A DNA stretch of 64,000 nt from positions 2,874-66,873 of the forward strand of contig JAHJOQ010000110.1 of the NCBI GenBank assembly GCA_018820315.1. Direction: 5' to 3'. The notes under the pieces were generated by a model. The model had not been told where the DNA came from. It saw only the letters and a program-made list of their open reading frames with translations, and ran no database searches. Both the position numbers and the translations under genes were made by a program. The stretch comes from Candidatus Zixiibacteriota bacterium (GTDB lineage Bacteria > Zixibacteria > MSB-5A5 > JAABVY01 > JAHJOQ01). Below, piece after piece: positions 1 to 9,987 of the stretch; positions within the stretch are counted from its first letter, which is position 1, and each line of letters opens with the position of its first letter.

Positions 1-878
1 CAGTAGACTCTGACGATGGTGTACGGTTCCCCCCATGGGCTCATCTGCTCGGAGAGCCACTGCGCTCTGGCATCGAGCAGAACATGGCTTGGATCACCGG
101 TGGGCATGTCCTCGACAAGAATCGTGGTAGGATTGAGGAATTTCGCCCAGCAGTCTATGTGATGAATCCCTCCGGATTGAACGTACTCCATTACGGTGTA
201 TTGATTGCCGAGATAAGCGAGCATGATCGAGTCAATCTCACGGTGTGTCTTACCGGTGTTTTCGTCCCATACAAGACGGGATGACATAGACATGCCCAAC
301 CCATCGGACATATGATTTCCGCCTGTGTGTTTGAGGTCCATGCCGTAAACTGCCATGCCCCAATCCGACCCGATTATTTGTGGAATCACATCATCGAGGG
401 GTCTCGGCCTGTTGTATTGGTGATCGACAATCTCCATCGTCTGATCACGGAAGATGAACCATGGGCCATAGTCACGGGTCCAGATAGAATTCGTCGGGGC
501 CATGATGAAGTCGACGCTATCCATATTCACGCCGCCTGACGTATACGAACTGATCGCCTGATTCTTGTAATAGTCGCTCGACACGATTGTCCAGACAACC
601 GCTGTTTCGGAGAGTGCTGCCACAAGTGACACTGTGATTCCAAGCGGCCATCGGATGATAACACCTTCCGACCGTTCCCATTCGGCGCAATTACGAAGTT
701 TTCCCACGGGCGGGGCTGTAATCTGATGATTGATACCGATTTCATGCAGCCGAGTCATTTCCTCCTCTGTGAATCCAATCGGAAGAAAATCTTCCTGCTG
801 CTCCTCGGCAATTGCCACCGAAGTGACTATGACGGAAATGATGATAAAAGCTGTTAGGAATCTGTAGAGTGTGCTCAT
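1..878 (-). CDS. Secreted agmatine deiminase / peptidylarginine deiminase (PPAD-like) family protein, partial (3' end runs off the window)
   Basis: Not in the ORF track; my translation from ATG 878: MSTLYRFLTAFIIISVIVTSVAIAEEQQEDFLPIG (signal peptide), then AEWE, WTRDYGPW, TGGN and IHHIDCW motifs of the amidinotransferase-fold agmatine deiminases. Open to position 1. Confidence 0.85.
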   Translation of the reverse strand, partial: MSTLYRFLTAFIIISVIVTSVAIAEEQQEDFLPIGFTEEEMTRLHEIGINHQITAPPVGKLRNCAEWERSEGVIIRWPLGITVSLVAALSETAVVWTIVSSDYYKNQAISSYTSGGVNMDSVDFIMAPTNSIWTRDYGPWFIFRDQTMEIVDHQYNRPRPLDDVIPQIIGSDWGMAVYGMDLKHTGGNHMSDGLGMSMSSRLVWDENTGKTHREIDSIMLAYLGNQYTVMEYVQSGGIHHIDCWAKFLNPTTILVEDMPTGDPSHVLLDARAQWLSEQMSPWGEPYTIVRVY

Positions 879-1051
879 GATACCACCAAGATGTTAGAAC
901 AAAGTGTGCTCTTTGTGAAGTTATGAAGTCGAAGTAACTCTATATCTGCTTCAAATTTCAATATAATCCAAACAGCATATTTGGCAAGATATATCCTGTT
1001 TTGTGGACTTTCAAAGTCTTGGATTGAGTTGCATACGGTAGGTTGAAACTG

Positions 1052-1095
1052 ACCTGCCTCCCTGACTAAGAAAGGCAGGTTCCGGGGAAACCTGC
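1052..1095 (-). terminator. Overlapping inverted repeats; probable intrinsic terminator after pbpC
   Basis: ACCTGCCT(1052-59)/AGGCAGGT(1073-80) and GCAGGTT(1075-81)/AACCTGC(1089-95). On the minus strand the second hairpin is followed by CTTTCTT and lies 8 nt past the pbpC stop. Confidence 0.5.
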
Positions 1096-1103
1096 TCTAC
1101 GGG

Positions 1104-3446
1104 TTATCGCACTACGAACTTAATCTCGCTCGACCGGCCTTCGTCGTCTGTGCAGACCACGCTGTGTTTGCCCGGTTCCGGATTTATAAAAACTCTCTGC
1201 ATCGGAGTACCTGAGTAGACTAGTTCACGATCGACAAACCAGAATATCTTGCGTGTACGGTTGGATACCGAAGCATCGAGAAGGATATTCTGGTAACTAA
1301 GATCGACGCCGGTACGAATCTTGTACTCTGCCTCCGCCATCGGCGAGAGAATGATCGGTGCATCACCTGCGACAACCACCGGGCACTGTGGATAATGCTC
1401 CGGAATCTTCTCGACAGCGTGGCCAGTGCGCTCAAGCCAGATAGCAACATCCGCAGGCCATTGCTCGACAATCCGCTCTTCACAATCGCGATCAGCGCGG
1501 CAGTGAGAGCAAAGACGGACATTCTCTTTCTTGTCGACCAGTATCTTCTCGTGAATATTGCATTTGCGAAAAGGCGACACTCCGGGGATATACATCTCCG
1601 TGCAGGCACTCACGCAATTCTCCGACATCGGCATCCCGCTGACCGAACAGACCTGTCGACGTTCGACACCTCTCGGCTCGACAAACCAGCCACCATCATC
1701 GTATTCGTGAAGTGCAGTGAATATCGAAAAGAGAATCGGTGCGGCGGATTCTGCGCCGACTAACTCCGGTACACCTTTGCCGTCGAAATTGCCGACCCAA
1801 ACTCCGACAGTGAAACGCGGTGTGTATCCGATACTCCAAGCGTCCCGTCGCCCATACGAAGTGCCGGTTTTCCAGGCGACCTTCGGCATGTCGACAGACC
1901 AATCCCAGACTGATGGCAGCTCGGGACGTCTCAATTGTGATAAAATCTCAGAGATTATGAAGCTCGCTTCAGAGCTTATCAGTCTCTCGCCTGCAACCGG
2001 CGTCTCTGATCTAAGAAATCGATATCGGGCAAATTTCCCGCCGCGCGCCATGCCTGAATAAAGATTCGTCAGCTCCAGCAGAGACACCTCGCACCCGCCG
2101 AGAGTTATCGACAGTCCATAGTATTCTCGCTCCCTGGTCAACGATGTGACTCCCGCCGCTCGAAGAAACTCGTAGATACCATCATGTCTGAGATCCGCTG
2201 TGAGTCTGACTGCAGGCACATTGAGCGATCTAACGAGCGCATCGGTGACCGTGACGCAACCGTTGTAAACTCCATCGTAGTTCTCGGGCGAGTATCCGGC
2301 ATAGTTGATCGGCACATCGTAGAGAAGCCCCCTTGGGGAAATCAGTCCGCGGTCGAGCCCCAGCGCATAGACGAAAGGCTTCAGGGCAGAACCGGGTGAT
2401 CTGAGTGCAGTTGCGCCGTTCACTTGCCCCTGCGCCTCATCATCGGTAAAATCTCCGGAGCCGACGAGCGCTAGCACATCGCTTGTATGATTGTCAATGA
2501 TGACTACCGATCCATTCGTTATGCCGACTGCTTCCAATGGTTCGAGATTCATGCTCAGAACGCGCTCCGCCAGATTCTGAATCTTTCCATCAATCGTGCT
2601 TTCGATGCGGTCCATTTGTGGATAGCTGGCGACAAGCATGTTAGATAGATGCGGAATCTCAAATGGCATTTGGTAGCGCCTGTCGGGGATATCTTCCGAA
2701 AGAGCTTCCGCGAGCCGGGTTTCAGTGATCAGCTTCTGTGATCCGAGTATGCCGAGGACTTTCTTTCGTGCGATCGCAGCATTCTCCGGATTCAGGTCCG
2801 GGCGCAGATTATTGGGTGAATTCGGGATTGCAGCGAGAATTGCTGCCTCTCCAAGACTGAGCTGATTCGGCAATTTGTTGAAATAGGCCATCGATGCCGC
2901 ACCGACGCCTACAATATTGCCACCGTACGGCGCGAGATTGAGATAGCAGGCAAGGATTTCATCTTTGGAATAGTGCAACTCAAGCTGAAACGAGCGTAAG
3001 ACCTCGATCACCTTGCCGGCAATCGTCCGCTCTTTCGGTTCGATCATCCGGGCAACCTGCATCGTGATAGTCGATCCTCCCTGCACGAATCTCCCGGCTC
3101 GCAGATCGACATATGCCGCACGAATTATCGATGCCGGATTGACGCCGGGATGCCAGTAGAAATGCTTGTCTTCGTAGGTGAGCGCAGCTTCGGTAAGGGT
3201 CGGGGACATCTCCTGCAATCCTACCGGTATCCTCCACATGCCATCGGGAGCAAGAAACACTCGCATGACCTCGCCGTTGCGATCGAGCACAACTGTCGAT
3301 GCCTGCGGGTAGAGCTTATCAGTCGGCAGCGGGAATATCCAGTTGAGTATCAGACACACGAAGACCGGTATCAGCACAACTGCTGCGATCCTCGCCATTA
3401 TTCTATTTCTCACGTTAGCTGTCATTTTCAAAACCGCCACTCTCAA
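1104..3446 (-). CDS. pbpC: Penicillin-binding protein 1C (transglycosylase-transpeptidase)
   Basis: 780 aa; N-terminal TM anchor; GT51 motifs EDKHF, GGSTITMQVAR; transpeptidase SALK (SxxK), SLN and KTGT; C-terminal Cys-rich and PBP1C C-terminal domain; coupled to an alpha-2-macroglobulin gene. Confidence 0.93.
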   Translation of the reverse strand: MRVAVLKMTANVRNRIMARIAAVVLIPVFVCLILNWIFPLPTDKLYPQASTVVLDRNGEVMRVFLAPDGMWRIPVGLQEMSPTLTEAALTYEDKHFYWHPGVNPASIIRAAYVDLRAGRFVQGGSTITMQVARMIEPKERTIAGKVIEVLRSFQLELHYSKDEILACYLNLAPYGGNIVGVGAASMAYFNKLPNQLSLGEAAILAAIPNSPNNLRPDLNPENAAIARKKVLGILGSQKLITETRLAEALSEDIPDRRYQMPFEIPHLSNMLVASYPQMDRIESTIDGKIQNLAERVLSMNLEPLEAVGITNGSVVIIDNHTSDVLALVGSGDFTDDEAQGQVNGATALRSPGSALKPFVYALGLDRGLISPRGLLYDVPINYAGYSPENYDGVYNGCVTVTDALVRSLNVPAVRLTADLRHDGIYEFLRAAGVTSLTREREYYGLSITLGGCEVSLLELTNLYSGMARGGKFARYRFLRSETPVAGERLISSEASFIISEILSQLRRPELPSVWDWSVDMPKVAWKTGTSYGRRDAWSIGYTPRFTVGVWVGNFDGKGVPELVGAESAAPILFSIFTALHEYDDGGWFVEPRGVERRQVCSVSGMPMSENCVSACTEMYIPGVSPFRKCNIHEKILVDKKENVRLCSHCRADRDCEERIVEQWPADVAIWLERTGHAVEKIPEHYPQCPVVVAGDAPIILSPMAEAEYKIRTGVDLSYQNILLDASVSNRTRKIFWFVDRELVYSGTPMQRVFINPEPGKHSVVCTDDEGRSSEIKFVVR

Positions 3447-6400
3447 TGCTCAACCACTTTGATCTTTCCGCTCGATGCCACCGACGCCTTCATTGGTGCA
3501 TACATCGCCTCTGCTCTAACCGGGGGCAGAATGAATTCTCCCTGAGTGACGGCCCGCAAACCGTAATAGAATACCTCTTTGCGATTGTGACGGAAATCTC
3601 CGTATATGATCAGCCTGTCATCGCGAATGTCCATATACATCGGATTATATGCCTTATCGCCGATCCATCGTATGCCTCTGCGCGATTGCAGTCGCGGATT
3701 TTCGATTTCGAATCCCGCCGGAAGTAGATCAACTATCGCAACATTGCTGAGTGGCTCTGTCGGCGCGAGCACTGTTATCTCAGCGACAATCATATCGCCT
3801 TGTCTGAATCTATCGTATGCCATCTCATTGCCATTCTCATCGAGGTACCTTCTCCTGACAATCAAATCATTGTCGTATTCGTCAATGTGAAGCGTCGATG
3901 GAAGACCGTCAGCCCTCCAGAAATAATAGCAAGTCCCCTCGCCTGTAATTCGGATTGAGACTTCCTTCCCCGCCCACTCTTTGGAATCGAACCGGACATT
4001 CTCTACGCCAAAATCACCGAGTTTCTTCCCGTCGACTATGATGGTTCCGGTGTAGTGTGCCTCGGTCTGTTTACTCATGATCTTCCCAAGCGCGAGAAAT
4101 GCGAACGCATTGTCCTGGGTTGAATGCCACCGGCCGTTCTTAGATGCTGCCTCAGTCAGGTTAGCAACCAATCTCGCAATCAAGGGACTGTTCGCATCAA
4201 CCTCTGCGAGCACATCAAGCATGATCGCCTGAGCCCGAATCGGCGAATTGAAGTTGTCGCCGGTTTCGCGATTCGAATCATCGGTTGGAAGAGTTGCTGT
4301 CTTTGGAAGAAGCGACACAGCGCTGTTTCTATCGCCCGACAGTGCAAACGCGCCGGCAAGCTGGTATCTCGAATACTCAGAGAGCATGTCAAGCGCATTA
4401 TCCTTGATGAAGTGCATCGTATTGCGATTCGGTTCACCTGCCAGAGCAAGCACATAGCAAGCATACGCTACAGTCTGGAAGCTGTACCTCTCTGACATGC
4501 TGTAGTCCTTCGCCGATCTCTTCAGAGCGCTGATCATACGATTGTATGTTCGACCAGAGACAGTGTAGCCTGCGCGGCGAGCCTCCACTAGAAAGTGCGA
4601 GGCGTAAATCGAACTCCAGTTGTTTAGATACCCCCCCTGCGGCCAGTAGGAAAATGCGCCGGATGACTGCTGCATATTCTCCAGCCTGGCGATGCCTTCC
4701 TCAAGGAAATAGGTGGCACTGTTGACCTTGAAAAGATCCGGCTCCGCCAGTTTTGCGATATCCTCGAAATAGAGGAGCGGGAACAGCCTGGAAGTAGTCT
4801 GCTCAACGCATCCGTGCGGATACTGCAGCAGATACTGCAGACTTCGAGTGAACCTGACCGCCGGAAATGCGGCAATACTCAGAGAGAAGTCGGTAGTTCC
4901 CGGAACCCAATCAACCGGGAATGTAAATTCGACCGGCTTGCCTTCAGACAGCGAACCTGCTCCTGACAAAGTCGTAAATGGAACTGGCGGACGCAGTGGT
5001 ACATCCACCGAATAGCTGCTTCTCTCGCCTCCGCCACTCGCTTCGATCCCAAATGAAACCTTCCCGGTCTTTTCTTCAGCCTTCATTGCAAAAAGCACGA
5101 ATCCTTCGGAGTCATTAGCGATAGTCACTGACTGACTTTGCTCGCCCAGACACACAACAGGTCCGTCGACATCGATCTTGATTTCGAACGTAGCTTTCTC
5201 TCCGGTTCCGTTATAGACGCTCACGGGCACATTGAAACTGTCTCCTGAGCCTATGAAGCGCGGGAATGTCGGCGTGAGCACAATCGGCTCCCGCACAAAC
5301 ATTTCTCGCTCGGCATTTCCGAATTTGTTGCCTGCGGCTGCAACAGCCATCAATCTGAGCGTCCCGTTGAACTGCGGGATATCGAATGAGACTTTGCCGA
5401 AACCTCGATTATCAATCTTGACCAGCCCTGACCAAAATGCAACCGGCTTGACTCTGGTCACAGAGATCGGCGTAAGGTGCCGTTTTCTGGCAGCTTCGAC
5501 ATCACCGGAAGTAGCCGAAAGAGACGACTCTATTTCGGGCAATATCATACCGTAGATATCATAAGTGTCGATCATCAGGCGTTTCTTGCCGTAAAAGAAT
5601 GCCTGAGGATCGGGAGTCTGAAAATCGGTCAACTGGCAGATACCCTCATCGACAGCGGCGATTGTGATATAGGGCGTTTGGCCGCTCTGACCCGTTACAC
5701 GGAACTCTACGGGTAGAGTGGTTTTGGGTCTGATCTCATGAGGAACATCAAGTTCGACAGTCAGCCATCTGCTTTCGGTATTGACCACAAGTGGCACCAC
5801 TCCAAATGCCCGCACCGGAGTATCTCTGTCGAGTGATTTTGTTGATCTGATCAGATGAGCGGAGACATAGACATTCGGCAGGAAGTCCTCCTCGACGGGT
5901 ACGGTGATTGTCGCTGTGTTCTCTTCGAGCGTAATCACCCGCTGGCTCAACAGACGGTCTTTTTCTACAGTAACGAGGAGCTTACCGGCAAATGGTGCAC
6001 GTATCTGCACTTGAGCCTTATCACCCGGCAGGTATGTCTCCTTATCCAGATCAATCTCGATTCGATCAGGATTATCCATCGCCCACGGGGCATATCCCCA
6101 GCCGGAAGCATAGAAGTACAGCGATGCCGATGCACCCGACTCGATATCGCGCACGACAACGAGATACCTTCCGTAATCACCCGGCGTTACCGAGAACGAA
6201 CCAGTTCCATCGCCAGACTCGACTGTGAAGCTCTCGATTAGGTTTTTAACTCTCTCGGATTCATATCTATATCCGCCCCGTGAACTGACGCGCTTCAGCA
6301 CCGACTGCCAGTAAACCCTGTAGAACCTGACTTCCGCCTTCCGACCTTCGACCAGATTGCCCTCAGTATCCAATATTGCGAATTCGTGCTGAGTCTGAGC

Positions 6401-8896
6401 GTTCGGTTGAGCATAGCCCTCCTCGGTTCTCCTGATACCGACATAGGTCACGTGAGGATGTATTATGACACCGCGATAAGCGGAAACTCCGCGCCCTCCC
6501 GGCTCGAGCACTGTTGTCGAAATGACTCCGCGCAGTGATGACTGCGGGTCCATTCCGGCCGGAATGTCGACACTGTACGTAAATTGCCCATTCTCGTCGA
6601 GCGTCTCGTCATCGAGTTTGATTTTGGTGGAGGAAAATGATTTCTCTGCATCTGCGAACGTGAATTTGCTCCAATCAGGCGGCTGAAACCGGAATTGTTC
6701 GATTTCGATGTCGCCGCTGACACGCCGTCCTCCGGCCGGAGGTCCGAACAATGTCATTGCTTCGACAGTGATATCGGCAGTCGATCCGGCCATATATGTA
6801 TCAGAATCAGATTTGATCTTCACTTTCATCCTGTCCGGCATGAACTCTTCGACATTGAATGAGGTTCGGCCGATTTCGTTGTCGGTCCCGAGGAGCAACA
6901 TCGCATCATATCGACCTGTCTTTGAGTAGTCGGGAATCGGCACGGAAAACTCCGCTGCCGCCTGCTCGTTAAGAATTGCTCGTTGTTCGCTGAGTATGCG
7001 ACCGTCCGGTCCCTTGACACTGAGAATTACCGGGAACGGCTGCGGACATGCTGCCCCTACGGAGCGCACTATTGCCGCAACATGTGCAATCTCTCCCGGG
7101 CGATAGATACCTCTCTCGTTATAGACGAATGCTTCATAGCCTGACTGTATCTGCGCTAGACCTCCGACATCGAAATCCGACGTCGAGATGGCGCTTCCGG
7201 GGAGTTTCAGGAACGAAAGGTCATCATTGAATGCGGCCGTGATCAGAAACGGGATGTATTCGGACTCGGTAGCCATCATAGCCTTGAACACCACCAATCC
7301 ATCCCTATCCGACTGAACGCGCATCAATTCCTGATTATTCTGGCTGAAAAGAACAATATCGGCTCCGGTCACCGGATCGAGTGTTGAGAGCGAATTCACC
7401 CAGACCCAAAGATCATCACCGGCTCTTTTGGCAGTGATTCCTATATCTGTCGCGATCACCCACTTCGACACCTTCTGCCATCGCCTCTCTGCGATTCTTG
7501 CGGTCAGCTTGAAGATGCCTTTGGGGTCGGCATCGAGGTATTCTCTCACGTTAATGGGTGTGATCACCTCTTCATTTTCCACGCGAGCTACCTGCACGTC
7601 TGAGGAGTGGATACGCTTTCCGACTGCATTCAGATTGTAACCCCCGCCGTAGTAATCTTGTCTTGTCTCAAGACCAGTCGAATTTAAGAGATAGACAAGA
7701 TTGTTGGCGAAAATCTTGTCTACTTCGATCGTCGCAGAATCAACGTTGATTGTCGACAACCCGACATTCAGGTTGCCGCCGAGCGTGAGGTAGCATCCCT
7801 TGCCGACAAAATCGACCTGCGGCGGTATTTGCTCCTTGTGAAAACTGACCGAACTGGAGAACTCGCGTTCGAGTGTGGAACCGTCAACAGCACGCAGACC
7901 TTTGCGTATGGTCACTACATACGATTTCGAATCCTCGAAATCTCCCTTCAGATCAATATGATGGTGTTCCGCAGTCAGCTTATAGTCGATGGATGGTTCG
8001 CACGAAATGAATCGCGAAGCAGTGGCGACATCAATCGGGATATTGAAATTCAACCTTAGTGATCGCTGTTCAGGCGCGCCATGAACGGGCTTGAGACTCT
8101 CCACGACGAGATTGCCTTGGCTGGGAAGGATCGCAGGAGTGATATAGTCATCCGCCAACCCGAGATTGCCTCCGATGCACTGTAATCCCTCTCTAACTAC
8201 GAGTTGAATCTCCCGATCGCTGTCGAGCCGCTGCACGTCTTCGGCTCGCAGAGAGATTATGCTCGATTGAGATGCAGTGATGATATTGTACGGGATATTC
8301 CCGCCGCCTTTGTATTTTATGGAGATGCTCTTTGCCGCTTCATGCGGGTCCACATCGTAGTTGAACTCGATCGATGATACAAGATTAGCGCTCTTTCCCG
8401 ACTCGGGAGTATACTCAAACATAAGAGATGCACTGTTGACGCGAAACCGGGCAGTCTTGAAGCTGAATTCTCGATCACCTTTCAGTGTGACTCCGTATGC
8501 CGATGCGACTTTCTGCGACAGAGATGCTCTGTATTCTGTCGATGGTGCGAGTATGATGTCGGGATAGAATCTGAGCTTGTCCCCGGCGATCCACTGGACC
8601 TTGCCCGGAATAGCCGGATCGAATTCGAGTACGTCATCCGCAGGTGGGAATGCAACCGCAGAATCGGGAACAATCTCATGGCCGAAAAGAACTGTTATGT
8701 TAGTCGTGCGTGGAGTCTCCCCTTCGGGAGAAAATGATTCAACTCGCACGGTCTCCCGACCGGAGTCCCCGCAAGAGATCAAAAGATTCCCGACACATAT
8801 GATTAACAACTGCAGGCCGATCATGCTGTAGTGAACAAATCTCCCCCGGCTTCGTCCAGCCTGAGTGTCATTCGACTTCTGATTGAGTGCATTCAT
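3443..8896 (-). CDS. Bacterial alpha-2-macroglobulin (YfhM-like), probable lipoprotein
   Basis: 1817 aa; lipobox-like LISC after a hydrophobic stretch; MG-domain motifs (YRPGE, FNVEEFMPDR, AAVDEGI); thioester motif YPHGCVEQ; 4-nt overlap with pbpC. Confidence 0.95.
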   Translation of the reverse strand: MNALNQKSNDTQAGRSRGRFVHYSMIGLQLLIICVGNLLISCGDSGRETVRVESFSPEGETPRTTNITVLFGHEIVPDSAVAFPPADDVLEFDPAIPGKVQWIAGDKLRFYPDIILAPSTEYRASLSQKVASAYGVTLKGDREFSFKTARFRVNSASLMFEYTPESGKSANLVSSIEFNYDVDPHEAAKSISIKYKGGGNIPYNIITASQSSIISLRAEDVQRLDSDREIQLVVREGLQCIGGNLGLADDYITPAILPSQGNLVVESLKPVHGAPEQRSLRLNFNIPIDVATASRFISCEPSIDYKLTAEHHHIDLKGDFEDSKSYVVTIRKGLRAVDGSTLEREFSSSVSFHKEQIPPQVDFVGKGCYLTLGGNLNVGLSTINVDSATIEVDKIFANNLVYLLNSTGLETRQDYYGGGYNLNAVGKRIHSSDVQVARVENEEVITPINVREYLDADPKGIFKLTARIAERRWQKVSKWVIATDIGITAKRAGDDLWVWVNSLSTLDPVTGADIVLFSQNNQELMRVQSDRDGLVVFKAMMATESEYIPFLITAAFNDDLSFLKLPGSAISTSDFDVGGLAQIQSGYEAFVYNERGIYRPGEIAHVAAIVRSVGAACPQPFPVILSVKGPDGRILSEQRAILNEQAAAEFSVPIPDYSKTGRYDAMLLLGTDNEIGRTSFNVEEFMPDRMKVKIKSDSDTYMAGSTADITVEAMTLFGPPAGGRRVSGDIEIEQFRFQPPDWSKFTFADAEKSFSSTKIKLDDETLDENGQFTYSVDIPAGMDPQSSLRGVISTTVLEPGGRGVSAYRGVIIHPHVTYVGIRRTEEGYAQPNAQTQHEFAILDTEGNLVEGRKAEVRFYRVYWQSVLKRVSSRGGYRYESERVKNLIESFTVESGDGTGSFSVTPGDYGRYLVVVRDIESGASASLYFYASGWGYAPWAMDNPDRIEIDLDKETYLPGDKAQVQIRAPFAGKLLVTVEKDRLLSQRVITLEENTATITVPVEEDFLPNVYVSAHLIRSTKSLDRDTPVRAFGVVPLVVNTESRWLTVELDVPHEIRPKTTLPVEFRVTGQSGQTPYITIAAVDEGICQLTDFQTPDPQAFFYGKKRLMIDTYDIYGMILPEIESSLSATSGDVEAARKRHLTPISVTRVKPVAFWSGLVKIDNRGFGKVSFDIPQFNGTLRLMAVAAAGNKFGNAEREMFVREPIVLTPTFPRFIGSGDSFNVPVSVYNGTGEKATFEIKIDVDGPVVCLGEQSQSVTIANDSEGFVLFAMKAEEKTGKVSFGIEASGGGERSSYSVDVPLRPPVPFTTLSGAGSLSEGKPVEFTFPVDWVPGTTDFSLSIAAFPAVRFTRSLQYLLQYPHGCVEQTTSRLFPLLYFEDIAKLAEPDLFKVNSATYFLEEGIARLENMQQSSGAFSYWPQGGYLNNWSSIYASHFLVEARRAGYTVSGRTYNRMISALKRSAKDYSMSERYSFQTVAYACYVLALAGEPNRNTMHFIKDNALDMLSEYSRYQLAGAFALSGDRNSAVSLLPKTATLPTDDSNRETGDNFNSPIRAQAIMLDVLAEVDANSPLIARLVANLTEAASKNGRWHSTQDNAFAFLALGKIMSKQTEAHYTGTIIVDGKKLGDFGVENVRFDSKEWAGKEVSIRITGEGTCYYFWRADGLPSTLHIDEYDNDLIVRRRYLDENGNEMAYDRFRQGDMIVAEITVLAPTEPLSNVAIVDLLPAGFEIENPRLQSRRGIRWIGDKAYNPMYMDIRDDRLIIYGDFRHNRKEVFYYGLRAVTQGEFILPPVRAEAMYAPMKASVASSGKIKVVEH

Positions 8897-9125
8897 TAGT
8901 TACCTCTCCTTTGCGATATTCATGGACTTTCTATTCCTCAAGTTACATATATTCATCATCACAGTCAACCGACTCATTCCCTACTTTCGTGGAAGTCTTC
9001 GAAACAGCATTCACAGAGCAATGCGGCCATCTCATAATCCACTATCAGCACTATCCATGCCAGACTCCACTCTGCTAAATCGCAGGGAGTTACGCGTTGT
9101 CAGCTCGGGAATGTCAACGGCTTAC

Positions 9126-9141
9126 GTGTCAGATGTGACAC
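9126..9141. promoter_or_regulatory. Palindrome GTGTCA-N4-TGACAC in the divergent intergenic region
   Basis: Perfect 6-bp inverted repeat between the alpha-2-macroglobulin operon and the YbhB-family gene; regulator unknown. Confidence 0.3.
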
Positions 9142-9231
9142 AGTGGCCACTTCCGACTTTTCGTCTTGACCGTAGGATTGAGTTTGGTTATATGAATTAT
9201 GTGCTATCGATCGGGCGCAACCAGTAGCAGC

Positions 9232-9333
9232 TTCCAGGAGATCCGACCCGCCGCAACCATAATTGAGGTGAGCAGGCTTGCCGCTCCCGGTTTGCTGGTT
9301 GAAATCGAGGTTGATGCGATTATATCCGAATAA
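9232..9333 (+). pseudogene. RidA (YjgF/YER057c/UK114) family 3' remnant
   Basis: Translates FQEIRPAATIIEVSRLAAPGLLVEIEVDAIISE*, the typical RidA C-terminus (RPA..VEV..L...LVEIE); no recognisable N-terminal ~90 aa upstream. Confidence 0.7.
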
Positions 9334-9370
9334 GTGCTCCTTGCAGATGTAATTGATGGAGGGAAAGTCT

Positions 9371-9946
9371 ATGAGCCGAATAATCACATGCCTTCTTTTC
9401 CTGTCAATGCTGGTTTTTCTCGGATGCAAGGAGAAAGAACAGACTCTGCCTGAAACATCGTCTGATGCAGCAGGAGGAATCGATATGGATATCACTGCCA
9501 CAAGCAGTGCATTTCAGGAAGGCGAGCTGATCCCGACGCAATACACATGCGACGGTGCAGATATCTCTCCACCGCTGAAATGGACTGCAGTTCCGGAAGA
9601 AACCAAATCAATAGCGCTGATCTGCGATGATCCGGATGCCCCGAGAGGGACCTGGGTACATTGGGTGCTTTACAATCTTCCGCCGGAGACAACGGAATTG
9701 CCTGAAGATATGCCAACCTCGGAGGTGCTTGATAACGGTGCCAGACATGGCGTGACAGATTTCGGGCAGTTCGGGTATGGGGGGCCTTGTCCACCGAGCA
9801 GCACTCACCGGTATTTCTTCAAGCTGTACGCGCTCGATACGATGATAGACATATCGGGTGAAGTGACGAAGGAGACGGTCGAGTCTGCCATGAAGGGACA
9901 CATCCTGGCAGAGGGTCAGTTGATGGGAAAATACGCACGGAAATAG
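9371..9946 (+). CDS. YbhB/YbcL (PEBP/Raf kinase inhibitor-like) lipoprotein
   Basis: Lipobox FLGC; motifs DISPPLKW, DPDAPRGTWVHWVLYN, YGGPCPP, HRYFF. Start ATG 9371 chosen (track starts at 9353). Confidence 0.9.
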   Translation: MSRIITCLLFLSMLVFLGCKEKEQTLPETSSDAAGGIDMDITATSSAFQEGELIPTQYTCDGADISPPLKWTAVPEETKSIALICDDPDAPRGTWVHWVLYNLPPETTELPEDMPTSEVLDNGARHGVTDFGQFGYGGPCPPSSTHRYFFKLYALDTMIDISGEVTKETVESAMKGHILAEGQLMGKYARK

Positions 9947-9987
9947 AGTGGCAGCGCAGGTTTCGTTGATACCTGCCGAATCTGCCG

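Noticed and set aside
84-745. Three short ORFs in the track (84-284, 312-539, 527-745)
   Set aside because: They are shadows of the minus-strand deiminase ORF (1-878), which has clear family motifs.
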